52,545 bases of DNA from a virus. Taxonomy: Duplodnaviria > Caudoviricetes. Position 1 is the first letter of the stretch; each line of letters opens with the position of its first letter. The stretch is taken from positions 1 through 52,545 of the IMG/VR virus record IMGVR_UViG_3300033144_004328. One strand, written 5' to 3'. The notes below the pieces were generated by a model that ran no database searches, was not told the DNA's origin, and saw only the letters and a list, made by a program, of their open reading frames with translations. Positions 38,255 through 50,970 of this stretch are shown here, one piece after another. Made by a program: the position numbers and the translations under genes.

Positions 38255-40285
38255 ATGTTCAAGCAATTCAAAGAGGCAGTTGCCCGCCAGTTCGAGGTGA
38301 TGAAGGGCCATCAGCTCTTCAGGACCGACGTCGAGAAGGAATTGATGTGGCTCACGTACCTCGATAGCTTCCCCGAGGGGAGCAATCCGATGATGCGGGA
38401 GCGGACTGAGCACGACTGCCAAAGCTGCAAGTCCTTCATCCGCGCTGTGGGGAGCATGATCGCCATCATCGATGGGGAGTTGGTATCCCTGTGGGACTGT
38501 GAAGTCGACCACCCCTACGACGTAGTGGCGAAGGAGCTCAGCGAGCTTGTCAAGAGTACGTTGATCAAAAATGTGCTCTTGCATGACCAGACATCGGCAG
38601 GAGTGGACAAGAACCATCAGGACCTTGATGGGGAGGTGCTGACATGGGAGCACTTCCACATCGTCTTGCCGCAGGCCTACGTGAGCCAAGACCGAGGGGC
38701 GGTCTATGGTGAGAAGCAGTCGACGAAGGACGTCTTCGCTCGGGCCCTCAAGGAGATCAGCCTCGACGCCATTGAGACGGTGATCGAGCTCGTCGACCAG
38801 GGCTCGCTCTACCGCGGCGAGGAGCATCTCCATTCGGTGCAGGCGTTCCTCGTACTGAAGAAGTGGTACGACAAGATCGATGATGAAGAGGAGAGGGACG
38901 TCTTCGTCTGGCAGCAGGGTCAGTCGCCGGCGGTCACAAAGATCCGAAGCTCAGCCATCGGCACGTTGCTAGTCGACCTCTCAGAGGGCAAGGGCCTGGA
39001 CGCATCTGTCCGCAGCTTTGAGGCGAAGGTCGCTCCGTCGAACTACAAGAGGCCAAAGGCCCTGGTCACCAAGGCGATGATCGAGAGGGCACGTAAGTTG
39101 GTGGAGGAGTTGGGCTACGGCTCAGCCCTCGGCAGGCGGTTCGCTGTCGTGGAGGACATCACCATCAACAATGTCTTGTTCGCCAATCGGGACGCGCGGC
39201 AGGCCATGAGTGCTGACGTGTTCGACGAGCTCATCTCCAGCACTAGGGATGATCCGAAGAGCCTGGAGAAAGTCGAGAAGGTGCCCATCGAGAAGTTCGT
39301 GGAGGACATCCTCCCGAAGGTGACCTCTATCGAGCTCCTCTTCGAGAACAGGCACGCAGGGAGCCTGGTCAACCTCGTGGCGCCCATGGACCCGGAGGCC
39401 CCTTCGATCTTGAAGTGGGGCAACAACTTCACGTGGAGCTACGCCGGCGATGTCGCTGACTCCATTCGTGAGCGGGTCAAAGCTCGTGGCGGCAGCATCA
39501 CGGGGGAATTCCGGGCCTCGTTGGCTTGGTTCAACTCCGACGACCTCGATCTGCACCTAGTCGAGCCGGGTCCCCGTGGTGGGCGTAGCGGAGAGCACAT
39601 CCACTTCTCGCACAAGAGCTCGATGAGTGGGTCCATGGGTGAGCTCGACGTCGACATGAACGTCGGCACCTCGGGGCCTCAATTCTCCCGCAACGCTGTC
39701 GAGAACATCACCTACCCGCAGCGCAGCCGGATGCTCGAGGGGCCGTACCATCTCTTCGTCAACCAGTACACCCACCGGGAGCACGAGGACGCGGGGTTCG
39801 AGGTCGAGCTTGAGTTCGGCGGTGAGACGATCACCTTTGCCTACGACCGCGAGGTACGGCCCCGCCAGAACGTTACCGTGGCGAAGTTCACCTTCTCCCA
39901 CAAGGAGGGGCTGAAGATCGTCGAGTCGCTTCCCCGCCAAGACGTCTCGAAGACGCTGTGGAACCTGCCGACGCACTCGTTCCATCCAGTCACGCTGGTG
40001 ATGATGAGCCCGAACCACTGGAACGGTAGGCCTGTAGGCAACCGCCACTGGTTCTTCATGCTTCAAGGGTGTACGCGAGAAGGCAGTTCTCGGGGCTTCT
40101 TCAACGAGCAGCTCTCTGATGATCTCCGAGAGCACCGTAAAGTCTTCGAGATCCTTGGTGGGAGGATGAGGACCGCGGATGAGGGAGAGCAGCTCAGCGG
40201 CCTAGGCTTCTCCTCGACACAGCGAAACAACGTGTTCGCCAAGGTCGCGGGCGCGTTCACCAGAACCATCAACATCACGTTCTAG
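38255..40285 (+). CDS. Large conserved phage protein with a YfaP/DUF2135-like domain
   Basis: HDCQSCKSFI N-terminal motif; SLAWFNSDDLDLH..EP...LDVDMN...AVENI; strongly biased codons. Confidence 0.65.
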   Translation: MFKQFKEAVARQFEVMKGHQLFRTDVEKELMWLTYLDSFPEGSNPMMRERTEHDCQSCKSFIRAVGSMIAIIDGELVSLWDCEVDHPYDVVAKELSELVKSTLIKNVLLHDQTSAGVDKNHQDLDGEVLTWEHFHIVLPQAYVSQDRGAVYGEKQSTKDVFARALKEISLDAIETVIELVDQGSLYRGEEHLHSVQAFLVLKKWYDKIDDEEERDVFVWQQGQSPAVTKIRSSAIGTLLVDLSEGKGLDASVRSFEAKVAPSNYKRPKALVTKAMIERARKLVEELGYGSALGRRFAVVEDITINNVLFANRDARQAMSADVFDELISSTRDDPKSLEKVEKVPIEKFVEDILPKVTSIELLFENRHAGSLVNLVAPMDPEAPSILKWGNNFTWSYAGDVADSIRERVKARGGSITGEFRASLAWFNSDDLDLHLVEPGPRGGRSGEHIHFSHKSSMSGSMGELDVDMNVGTSGPQFSRNAVENITYPQRSRMLEGPYHLFVNQYTHREHEDAGFEVELEFGGETITFAYDREVRPRQNVTVAKFTFSHKEGLKIVESLPRQDVSKTLWNLPTHSFHPVTLVMMSPNHWNGRPVGNRHWFFMLQGCTREGSSRGFFNEQLSDDLREHRKVFEILGGRMRTADEGEQLSGLGFSSTQRNNVFAKVAGAFTRTINITF

Positions 40286-40296
40286 AGGGAGTGCGA

Positions 40297-40653
40297 ATGG
40301 GAGACGAGAAGAGTCCGTTGGGTGAGCTGAGGGAGAACATCGTTGCGGCGGCGGCTTCGGCGGTGATCGAAGCGATGACCCCTGCTCAGATGAGGAAGGT
40401 CTCGGAACAGGTCATCGAGCATACCCTCGCAGGTATCTCAACGGATCGTTACAGCAACTTGGGGCGGTTGGTGGAGGTCAAAGCCGAGGAGGTGCTCAAA
40501 GAGTATCTGGGGACTGATGACGTCAAGGCGCAGTTACGTGTGGCAGTTCGTGAGGGAGTGGACGCGGCCATGGTGCAAGTGCCAGAGGAAATCAAGGGCA
40601 AGATCATGGATATGGCCATGAAGGCTATGGTCCAAGCCTTGCCCAGACGATAA
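40297..40653 (+). CDS. Helical hypothetical protein
   Basis: GAGGGAG RBS. Confidence 0.65.
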   Translation: MGDEKSPLGELRENIVAAAASAVIEAMTPAQMRKVSEQVIEHTLAGISTDRYSNLGRLVEVKAEEVLKEYLGTDDVKAQLRVAVREGVDAAMVQVPEEIKGKIMDMAMKAMVQALPRR

Positions 40654-40670
40654 CCCGGAGGAGATCTGAC

Positions 40671-41090
40671 ATGGAAATGTTCGAGAAAGCGGTCCGACTC
40701 AAGTTGAGGTTCGATACGCCCCTGGGCAGCTTGCCAGTAGAGGATGTCTGGGACCTGCCCTTGCTACCGGGAAGGGGCAAGAACGGCGGCAGGAAGGGCG
40801 GCAAGGCGTGCCTGGACGATCTGGCCAAGGTGCTCCACAAGGAGCTGCAGAGCGACGACAGCGAGAGTTTCGTCCTCAAGCGGAAGAGGACCAACGACGA
40901 GCTCCAGCTCCGCTTCGACATCGTGAAGCACGTCATCGATGTGCGGCTCGAGGAGAAGGAGAGGGCGGAGAACGTGGCGAAGGCCAAGGAGAAGAAGCAG
41001 CAGATCCTCGCGATCATCTCTGACAAGGAGACCGAGGACTTGAAGGGCAAGAGCCTCGAGGATCTGCGGGCGCTCTGCGACACTCTGTAG
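40671..41090 (+). CDS. Conserved phage hypothetical protein (helical C-terminus)
   Basis: MFEKAVRLKLRF...G.L.VEDVWDLPL...LRFDIVKHVI; GGAGGAG RBS. Confidence 0.75.
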   Translation: MEMFEKAVRLKLRFDTPLGSLPVEDVWDLPLLPGRGKNGGRKGGKACLDDLAKVLHKELQSDDSESFVLKRKRTNDELQLRFDIVKHVIDVRLEEKERAENVAKAKEKKQQILAIISDKETEDLKGKSLEDLRALCDTL

Positions 41091-41111
41091 GTTCGGAGCG
41101 TCAAGTACTAC

Positions 41112-41152
41112 GGCCCCCGCAAGGGGGCCATTCCTTTTAGTGGTACAAGATC
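41112..41152 (+). promoter_or_regulatory. Hairpin-TTAG / promoter cassette
   Basis: GGCCCCC-GCAA-GGGGGCC ATT CCTTTTAGTGGTACAAGATC. Confidence 0.8.
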
Positions 41153-41165
41153 AACGGAGGTAGCT

Positions 41166-44100
41166 ATGGAGGTACTTACTGTCAAAGACGTGCTGTGGGC
41201 TGGTCCAGAACGTGGCGCTGACAACCAGCAATTCAATGTTCTGAAACGTGCCCACATCGTGAGGCTCAGTGACTACCGGATTCTCGTCTTTGGGGCAGAA
41301 CCGAAAGACGTGCTTGATGGCTTCCGGGCCCTTCGTGAGAAACGCATGGAAAGGGCCCACTTCTATCGTGGGGAGGTCAGGGCTTTCGAGGCAGCGGCCG
41401 CGGAGATAGACGCACTGATCCAAAGCATCGAAGGGGAGGACGCGCCGAAGAAGCCCTTCACGAGATGCCCCTGCTGCGCGTTGGATGTAGTGTTGGCTAC
41501 TGCTGTCATCTGCAAGGCGTGCGGTAAAGCAGTTCACCAAGAGTGCCAGGGCGAAGACGATCAATGCACCCGATGTGGAGGGGAAAATGAAACAGACTGA
41601 GAAAGCACTGCTAAGGGCGCTGGCGATAGGCGAAGACAGCGGCATCCAGGATGCGTACGATGCCATGATGAAAGACCATGACGTCGAGCCGGCGGTGTTC
41701 AGGCACGAGTCCGCGATCACGGGAATCCGCACTGATATCGCGGCCTTAGCGATTGACCTCGAGAAGCTCGAGGGCCGCGTCAAGAGTACGGAGATCACCC
41801 GCATCCGGCTGAAGCGAGTCGACTGGGCCTATGACGTCGTGAGTGATCGCCTCCGCAAGCTGGAGGGGTCCTTGATCCAGAAGAGGCTTGATGGTGAGCC
41901 TTCGATGCGGACCTTGGGCTACCTCAGAAGCACCGGCAAGATGAACAAGAGCGGCGAGGTCGGGTATCTGAACTCAGCCCCGATCCAGTCGAGCTACTGG
42001 GTTGTTAGGGCAGGTGAGCTCCAGCTCAAGGAGCCACTCGTACCCAAGCCCAACGATGTCTTCTTCGTGAAGTGCTTCACCGATGACGGCAAAGTCGTGT
42101 ACTCGAAGGCTTGGATGTTCGATGCCGTAGACTGGCAGAGCACCGATGCACTCCAGACCCGAGACGCGCCCATGGGTGCTAGGTTCATCGAAGGCAAAGA
42201 GCTCATCGACTACGTCATGAACATCGACAAGACCGAGGACACCCACCTCTACGAGCTATTCCGTAGGATCGGTGGCTATATCAGCGATGCCGAAAAGGAA
42301 GGCTCCTTGCTCAACTCCGAGAAGGTGGAGCTTCGCCAAGTATGCGAAGGCGTCTTGGATATCGTCGATCCTGATGCCAAGTCCCGGTACGAGCTGGAGC
42401 GGATCATGGGGAAGGTGACGTGGGACCTTCTTAGCGATCAGAAGGCTGGCTTGGTCGCCATGCGAATGTCCGGGCTCATGGACACCGACTTCCGGGAGAA
42501 GCTCAACGGCATCATCCACCTCATAGACAACCTCGAGGGTTGGTACAAGGAATTTGGAGGTGAGTGATGTCCGCTATGTTCAAGTACCCCCTGGCGCTGA
42601 ACTCCAGGGTGCCCCAGGTCATCGAGATGGTGCTACCCGCGAACGGGCGCCGACTCGGTAAGGACCTCGAGGACAACCCCTGTATCTGGGCCATTGCTGA
42701 GCGCGGCCGCCCGAAGGTCAAGGTGCTGATACACACGATCTGCACGGGGCAGACTATGTCCTTCGACCCTGTCGTCGCTATGTCATACCTAGGTGTCATC
42801 AAGGCGCCGGTCTCTAGCGTGGAGCCGTCCATAAACTTGATCTGGCACGTCTTCGTGGATGAGGTGGTGCCGGAATGAGCCATGAAGGATGCCAAAGGTG
42901 CGGGCAGGAGAACGTTGCCAGCGCCTCAGGGAAGGTCGCGGATGCATTCATCTTGACTTGGCCCGGAGGCAAGACCCAAGAAGGCTACGTCCCGCCCAAT
43001 GGCGTCTGTGGCTTGAGGGCAGGGGACAGCCATGACTACATGGAGCTCGACTACTGCATGGCCTGTGGACAGATCCAGGGCAGTTGGCCTCTGGCCTCTG
43101 TCGTCAAGAACCTGCCGGTGCGGAAGTTCGAGTTCGCGTTGTTGTTCGGCTACGGAGAGTGGCAAACCCTGATGCCGACACAAGCCAAAACGGAGGATGA
43201 GGCTTGGGCCCGGATTCGCAGGATCGTTGAGGGCATGCCCGGTGATGGTGTCGTTGGCATTTGCTTGATGCGAGTCAGCGATGTGGAGGATGAGACATGA
43301 TCAATGGTTGGTGGGTGCTATGTCCCAAGTGCCGGCACACCTGGAAGTGGCGCATCACTGCTGATCGCTACAGGCCCGTGAAGACGAAGTGCCCAAAGTG
43401 CAGAGCCATCATTGAGGAGTTCGTCGAGATCAAGGAGGAGGACGTGAAGTCACACGAAGTCAACATCCAAGAGGTCAGGGTCGTAGCAACCGACTCCAAG
43501 AAGCTGACGTTGGTCATCCAGCTCCAGAAGACCTCAGGCTTCCTGAAGCCGTTCAGGGTCGTCGTGCCCGTGGAGGTTGTGGGCTCTGACCTCCAGGCTC
43601 ATGAGCTTGCGGAGCTCATTGGGGAGGAGGGCATCTTCCACGGCGGCCCTGCTCCCACCAACGCCCCGCCAAACACGTGCATGGTCTGCACAGAGCCCGG
43701 AACCCGCATCATCGATGACGTGCCCCTCTGCAACAAGCACTGGATCAAGCACCACCGCATGCGCTGGAAGGAGTGGCGCTGTGGCAAGTGCTCGCACAAG
43801 CAGGAGCAGGAGCTAGAGCACCGCACCCTTGATGATGCTTTGATGTGCCAGCACTGTGGCGCCGTGATGGGCTACTTCATCAACGACGAAGTCTTGATCA
43901 TGAACGAAAAGGTGCATTCGGTCAGCGATACCGACTCCTGGTTCAAGACCGCCAGGTTCCGTGTTGGGGAGCGGGTCCGACTCGATCCGAAGCGCATTGG
44001 GGCTAAGCTCATCGAGGACAAAGGTCCCGGTGTAGTTGCGGAGATCATGCCGTCATACTCCCCGACCAAGATCGGCGTCAAGTTCGACTCGGAGAAGTAC

Positions 44101-46292
44101 ATCGAGACCCCGGAGACGAACCTCATGCCCGAAGCCGGCTGGCCCATGGTCGAGAAGAATTGTGCCTGCGGCGAGCCTGCGGGTAAGGTCCCTGAGGACG
44201 AGGCAGCACAGTGTATGGCCTGTTGGGGTGACTCTGACAGGGTCAAGAGGTCGCGGGAGCTATGCTACGCCCCCATGACCAACGACGAGTTCTTGGATCT
44301 CGTCAACGACGTCGCTGATCGTAACAAGCTAACGGTTGGCGATGAGTTCTGCTGTCGGCTCTACGCCAAGGTGATCGGCGACCCGTCTTCGCTGATATCG
44401 ATGTCTGTCACTGAACGGAACAAGTTCGTACGGTTCGTCATGACCAGTCTGGCGTGGGTAGCATCCGACGAGGGGAAACTGAGAGTTGTGGAGATGGCGT
44501 GGTGGATGTCCACGTACAAGGAGCGGCTCAATGCCCGATAGCCGTTTGGTTCTGGCCAAAGCCATCCTGCGATCATACTTCACCCTTGCAGGGGGCGTGG
44601 ATCATGCCGGCATGCAGGGTGTCCGCATCATGAAGGAAGAAGCTCAGAAGCATGCCGACATGGCGGCGGCTCATCGCATCGTTGCTGTCGTCTTGGGGAA
44701 GTGCTCGACTCAAAACGAGGCTTCTGAGTTCCTCGAGAGCTACGTCGCAGAGCCTCAGGGGCCGGATCGACACGTGAACTGGGGCCAGCTCTCCAAGACT
44801 CGGACCATGTCCAAGCTCTTGACGACGTACTGCATGACCGCAGTCCGGGAGTGCAACGAAATAGAGACCGAGGGCTGGTGCCAGTGCGGCCTCTATATCA
44901 GGGCCTTGTTCGAGGAGGTCTTGGGGAAGGCAAAGACATGAAACCAGGAGACTGCGTACGGATCGACCACGTCGTGGGGACTCTGTTCGGCAAGGTCCGA
45001 GAGTCCAAGGACGGCAAGAACTGCACCGAGGTCGCTGTGGACCTCAAGAACCACGTTACGATCAGTAGCGTGATAGTCCCGGAGGGCGACATCACGTACC
45101 TCGGCAGCGGATGGTGCTCGGAATGTTCCTGGCACACTGGGCCTATGGGGTGCGAGAACACCCACTCCCCAAAGTGGGGGCAGTTCCTTGGCAGTAAGGG
45201 GAGCTGCGATCAATTTGAGGCAAAGACATGAAGCGCCTCGTCATCAGGCCGGAGGGGTGGCCCTGTAAGCTAGGGGAGTGCCCCCCGGGTTTGTTCTTGC
45301 ACGGTGACGGCCTCTGCTTCAAGACGGACTATGCCCCCATCAAGGGCAAAGACGTTGCGGGTAAAGTGACTTGGGAGATGGACCAGTTTGGGATCGATAC
45401 CTACGTAGCTGGAGGTGATTACTTCTGCCCAGTCCTTCCTGTGGCTGTGGACATAACCATCAAGGACCTTGAGGTGCAGCCCTGCGTCTATGAATGGGAG
45501 GAGTACGATGAGTAGGAAAGCCTATTTCGTTGCCTTCATCGACTTCAAGCAAGATCCCCCTGTCGTGGTTGGCGCCGGTATCTTCGGGGAGGCGACTCCA
45601 ACATCTCAACACCACACATTCTCATTGATGGATCACACCGCAGACGACTTCGGAAAGGCTGCTCAGGAGCTCCGCGACATACTCATAAAGGGCGGTGAGA
45701 TGAGCATCCCCTACATGAAGTGGTGTGCTCGGCAGGTGGAGCTGGGTCAATGATCGGCTACTGGTACGCCTACATGCCCAGGGGCGAGAGGCTTGGGTAC
45801 AGCATACCGGGCCTTGGCATGGAGTCAGGCGGCTACATTTACCACAATGGCGGCATCACCTACATGCCGTGGTCCTTGGATCAATTCAGTATCAGGAAGC
45901 GTTACGGCCTCCACAAGGACACGGAGGCCAAGCGCATTACGGCCCTCCTCTTCAAGGACTTCCCTCCCAAGACCGGACCAGCTACCGCCGTGGTCCGCCT
46001 CGGCGCTGCATTCATCAATCCTGAGGGCGACATCTACCCCTGTAGATCATTTGAGCACTCGGTGTTGGCTCGCCGCATCAACATTGTTCTAGAGACAGGG
46101 GACAGGTCGCACATCTTCGGAGATGAAACCCTCATGAAGCGAGGGTGGGTGCGGCTGCAGTACAACGGCCTCCACTGTTATGGAGACCTCACCCAAAGGC
46201 AGATCGATGCGTTGTGGGACATAGCCGTCGCTGCTAAGGGGACCCAGCCTAAGATGGCGACCGCCATCAACGAAAGACTTCGTAGGGAGTAG
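41166..46292 (+). CDS. Run of hypothetical genes (41166-41600, 41587-42567, 42567-42878, 42875-43300, 43297-44541, 44531-44941, 44938-45231, 45228-45515, 45508-45753, 45750-46292)
   Basis: Overlapping chain; many CxxC; internal motif TGGTACAAGG at 42541-42550 before an RBS. Confidence 0.65.
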
Positions 46293-46326
46293 GGCCTCGG
46301 CTCTCTCCTTTTAGTGGTACAAGATC
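46286..46326 (+). promoter_or_regulatory. Weak hairpin-TTAG / promoter cassette
   Basis: Third exact copy of CCTTTTAGTGGTACAAGATC (46307-46326). Confidence 0.75.
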
Positions 46327-46340
46327 CCAGGAGGCCGACT

Positions 46341-49300
46341 ATGTCTAATGATGAGCGAGTGGAGTCCTTGCTTCGAGCACAGGACGAGAAGATCAAAGAG
46401 CTTCAAGCTGAGCGTGAGGTGACGAAGACTGCCGTCCTCGAGTTCCTGGGGTGGTGGGGCACAAACGTGCCAAAGCTCGTTTCGTATGTCCCAGAGGCGA
46501 CGTTCCATACCATTGGGTGGGAGGAGCCATCAGCCCAGCTCAATGCGCTGCGGTTTGCGATTGGAACCTCGGACAGCGCCCCGGTTCCGGCCAAGGAGAC
46601 AGACAGCTTCCTTGTCGAGCTTGCGAAGAGAGCCGAGGCCGCTGCGGACGTCGTGGAGAACAACGTCGCTGTGATGCAGGCCCCTGAGTTCGTGTCCACT
46701 CCGGAGCAGTGGGTGGAGCTTCAGGAGGAGTGCATCATGTTCTGGTCGTATGCTGGGCGGCTCCAGACGAAGCTCGACTTCCTCAGGATCGGCATGGACA
46801 CCTACAACGATTTTGCTGATCAAGGGAGCGAGGAATGAGGACGATCTGGGAGGACTTCGTGGTCGCTCTTCAAGAGCAGGGCTTCTACGTTCAGGCCTCT
46901 ACGTATTCCATCAGGGAGGGTGGGGAGAGCTTCATACTTGGGAGTGCGCACATCATGAGGAATGTTGATGGCCCGAAGCCAGTCAGGATCAAGTGCGCTA
47001 AGTGTGATGGATACTACCTAGTTCTCCATGGCACGCCCGTTGAGAACGTAGCCGGACTCTGCTCCGGGTGTGGGGGTGAGGGATGACCAAAGCGCAAAAC
47101 AGGAGAAGGTCATGAGCGTAGAAGATGTAGAGAAGCTGGTCAAGGATATGGGCGGTGAGCTCACTAGCGTCTCCGGGCCGTTGCCCGACGGGAGCGGCTT
47201 CGCCACGGCCAAGTTCCCATTGCCCGAGGACCACTGGCTGTATGCTGACCACGACAACATCCCTCCGATGGGGCTGCGCTGTACCGACCCCCAGCTGCGG
47301 CAAGAGCTGAAGAGGATCATCACGGAGGCGGGCAGGTATGCCTACCGCGGCGCCAGCCTGAACGGGAAGGAGGACGACATCGATCCTGATGCTCTCGTCA
47401 AGAACCTGTGGGTGGGCCTGCTTGGCTACTTCACCCCAGATGCTCTGACTCACGACGCCGCCGAGGATCCGAAGGACCGCTACGAGCCCAATCCTGATCC
47501 CGTGCCGCTCCGAGTCGTCGCTATCGTGAGGGGGACTTGATGGAGGGCAACAACGACAACTTTCTTCTAGCTGTGTCGCTGAAAGAGATCGGTGCTCTGT
47601 ACGGCGGCTGGCTCGAGGCATTTGAGGACAGCTACGATGAACGGCGGATGACGTCACCAGGGATGTCGGAGCCGCCGGAATTTCCCTTCCTCATCGACGT
47701 GTGGTTCCACCTGCTGGGAGAGGGCGCCGACATTCGAGGGGACGACATCACGAAGAAGTTCGTCCAGGAGTTCGGATCGTGTTGGACCAAGCTCTCGGAT
47801 TGGTTGGCAGAGCCGGCGCATCACTGTGTCGCTTCGGTGCCTGGGCCGGTGCTGGACTATGTTCATAGCTTGACGAAGGGTGCAGAAAATGACGGAAAAC
47901 GAGATCAAGGAGTGGAAGGCTAGGATCGATGGCATGAGCCAGGAGGAGATGTGTAGGAAGTGGAGGTTCACGCCTTCGGGTGATCCGCTCATGTGCGAAC
48001 CCCTGTTCCCGTACTTCAAGGCGCGGCTCAACTCCCTTGGCGGCTTCACGACTGCCATCAGCAAGAAGATTGGATGGGACAAATGAGTGACGTCGCCCTA
48101 CTAGCAGAGAGGTGCGGTGCTCTGCAGGAAGAGATCAAGACGTGGGAGGCCAAAGTAGACGAGGTCGAGGCGGAGCGCGACTATTTCCGCAGGAGGATGT
48201 GGTGGGAGCGCTGGTGGGTTAGCCTCACGATCTTCGTCGTGGTCTGTTGTGTCTTGGCTGTCGCCGGGTACCCGGCGTATATGGCTCTCACAACATCATC
48301 GACGCCTACACATTGTCGGGTCATCGGCATAACGAGCTACGGCCTTTTCAGGCTTGGGGGTGTTGTACCGTGGGGATCGGACCTGACTTATGGGTACTTC
48401 ACTTCGGTACCCGACGCCATGAGCGCCGCTGAAGAGCTTGGTTGTGAGGTCAGGAGTCAAAGATGATCAAGCATTGCGTAATGGAGGAGCCATGAAGGCT
48501 CTCGGGGCCATAGGCCTGTGCCTGCTCATGGTCAGTGTCGTGTGGGCTGATTGTTACATGGAGGCTAAGCAGGAGGCTCAGCGTGCGGCAGAGCTGCAGC
48601 AGTGCTGGGACTACCACCGAGACATCATGGAGCGACTCCGGGAGACTGAGAGCCCCTATGTCATGCCCTGTGTGAACTGCGTGTTGGATCGGAGTGAGAC
48701 GCCGTACTGCAACAACCTCTGTGGGCCGACGCCCTATGAGGGTCTGGATGAGATCCTGACTAGGGGAGGGATGTGATGCTGAAGCCAGGGATCGATTTTC
48801 TCAAGGTGAAGCTCAACCGGCTCGTCGAGGAGATGCAGGAACTTCAACAGCATCTCGGGGAGTGGGAGACTGAGGACGTCCACGTGACACCAGCCTCCCA
48901 GGAAAAGGCGATCAAGGCCGAGATAGTGAAGGCTCTCGTCGAGCTCCTCAGCAGTGTCGGGAAGATGACGGATAGCAGCATTGGCTACGCCATCCATCGG
49001 GACGTCAGTCACGGGCCGATTCGTTACACTGGCCCCTACAAAGTCGTCATCGAGATCGTCTACAACGAGCCGGAGCTCAAGCGGATGCGCGCAGCTGGGA
49101 TGCTCAAGGAGAACCCATGACCGACAAGTACCTGGCTATAGGCTTGGTCAACTTCTACACCGAGGAGGCGCCTGCTTGCACCCATCTGATCATCTGTGGG
49201 GTCTGTGGCATGGCTCGAGCATCCTGGGTCGATAAGGGATGCCCACTGTGCTTCGTAGCCGGGACCCTGGACGGCCACGCTGTATCCGCCCGCCTCAGGG

Positions 49301-49344
49301 TCGAACTCATGCCACAGCGTAGAGAGGAGGAGGAAGAAGAGTGA
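46341..49344 (+). CDS. Run of hypothetical genes (46341-46838, 46835-47086, ~47112-47540, 47540-47923, 47889-48086, 48083-48466 membrane, 48492-48776 signal-peptide-like, 48773-49120, 49117-49344)
   Basis: Overlapping chain with RBSs. Confidence 0.62.
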
Positions 49345-50495
49345 TGATCGAGCAACACCAAACCATCTTCGGCGCGCCATTCGGCAACTGCTTCTCCACA
49401 GCGGTCGCTTGCATCTTCGGCGTACCCGTGGAGCAGATGCAGAACTTCATGTTCTACCCTGACGGTGAGTGGTGGGATGCCCTCAAGGCGTGGTGTGCCG
49501 AGAGAGGCTACACTCCGATCTCATTCAAGGTGGGGAGCGAGGACCTCCTGGAGCACTGCCCCGACGTTTTATGCGTCGCATCGGGCCCTTGTGTTCGGGG
49601 CCTGGACCATTCCGTGGTCTGGAAGGGTGCCGAGATGATCTGGGACCCCAACCCCGATGGGACTGGCATCGAGTCCATCAACGACGTCGTCTTCTTTATC
49701 AAGAACGATCCTACACTGACCCCCCTCGCGGATTTCATTGGCTCGCACATCAGGGAGCGCCTCGAGGAGGGCAGCATCATGCGCGCGGCCCTGGAGGAGC
49801 TCGGGTATCTGAAGCCTAAGACCCAGGATTCGGGCCCGGACCACTTCACAGTACCGAAAACAGGCCGTTTTCGTAACACCCCTTCCGTAGAAATTCCGTT
49901 TCGAGTGAAAGGAGGCGATTCCGATGTGCCCACACTGCTTGATGATGATTCTGGTGGGGATAGGCGCTTTAGTGGGGATTCTGCTCCCGTGGATGAAGCC
50001 CAGGATTCAGAGGTGGCTAAGGCGCAGAACATCGCTATGGCCAACGAAATCGTCGACGCCCTCACAGACGCCTGCACCTGCCCCGAGGCCTGTGTCGCAC
50101 ACGACCACCACGACGCCTTCATCAAGTTCCAGATCGAGCCCAAACCAGAACGACTGAGTTGCACCCCCAGCAGCGTAGATTACATGAACAAGGAGACAAG
50201 GGCGCACCTAGCCTCGCTTGGATTGGTCAACCCGTTGGGGGTCGTGACGCCCGACGCTGTCACTGGTTCGGAAGCGGTGCTGAAGATGCTTGGCCCCATT
50301 GATTCGGACAATCCCCTAGCCAAGAAGATCACATCGTTGCGTGACCCCACGAGTACGGCGAAGGCCAATGCTCGAGTTCATCCTCCGGAGGAGGGTATGG
50401 AGGATGTCGTCAAGCGGCTAGTGAAGCCGCCCAAGATCGATGTCCCGTTCCGTCTCATCTCTAGCGACTCTCCTGAGGACGAGAAAGGGGAATGA
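49341..50495 (+). CDS. Papain-like Cys/His domain protein with long low-complexity C-terminus
   Basis: GNCFSTAVACI...DHSVVW....IWDPNP. Confidence 0.5.
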   Translation: MMIEQHQTIFGAPFGNCFSTAVACIFGVPVEQMQNFMFYPDGEWWDALKAWCAERGYTPISFKVGSEDLLEHCPDVLCVASGPCVRGLDHSVVWKGAEMIWDPNPDGTGIESINDVVFFIKNDPTLTPLADFIGSHIRERLEEGSIMRAALEELGYLKPKTQDSGPDHFTVPKTGRFRNTPSVEIPFRVKGGDSDVPTLLDDDSGGDRRFSGDSAPVDEAQDSEVAKAQNIAMANEIVDALTDACTCPEACVAHDHHDAFIKFQIEPKPERLSCTPSSVDYMNKETRAHLASLGLVNPLGVVTPDAVTGSEAVLKMLGPIDSDNPLAKKITSLRDPTSTAKANARVHPPEEGMEDVVKRLVKPPKIDVPFRLISSDSPEDEKGE

Positions 50496-50652
50496 TGATG
50501 GACGATCTTCCGCTGAGCCACTGGACTAGGGCCCAACTCCAGTCGTACCTGGAGAACCGAGGCTTTGCTGTCTATGACAGTGAGCCGACTACAGTGTTGA
50601 TGGAAGCCGTTCGGCTAGACCTAGAGGAGGTAGCGAAAGAAGGAGGGTGCTG

Positions 50653-50970
50653 ATGAAGAACGGGAAGTCTCAGTGCAAGGACATCCCGACCCGCCCCATC
50701 CTAGAGTTCCTTGCGAAGCGCGGCGGCATTGGGTGCGTCTGGTGGGAGCTTTCGTATCCAAGCTTCGCGAGGTCTGTGAGGACTGTCATGCCGCCAGTCC
50801 CAGACAATCTGGCCTTGGCCAAGATGCGGCAGCTCATGCGTAAGGGATTGGTGAGTGGCTGCGGCTGCGGTTGCAGGGGGGATTTTGAGCTTACGGAAAA
50901 GGGGCGCATACGACTAAGGAGATGTGATGGACGCCAAGACGCAGAGTCGGAAGGACACCCAGGAGCATAG
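50653..50970 (+). CDS. Small winged-helix-like protein
   Basis: KMRQLMRKGLVSGC.CGCRGDFELTEKG. Confidence 0.5.
   Translation: MKNGKSQCKDIPTRPILEFLAKRGGIGCVWWELSYPSFARSVRTVMPPVPDNLALAKMRQLMRKGLVSGCGCGCRGDFELTEKGRIRLRRCDGRQDAESEGHPGA

Noticed and set aside
37994-46326. Exact 20-bp repeats as a CRISPR array or att sites
   Set aside because: Copies are kilobases apart and each sits before an RBS; no spacers, cas genes or integrase in the window
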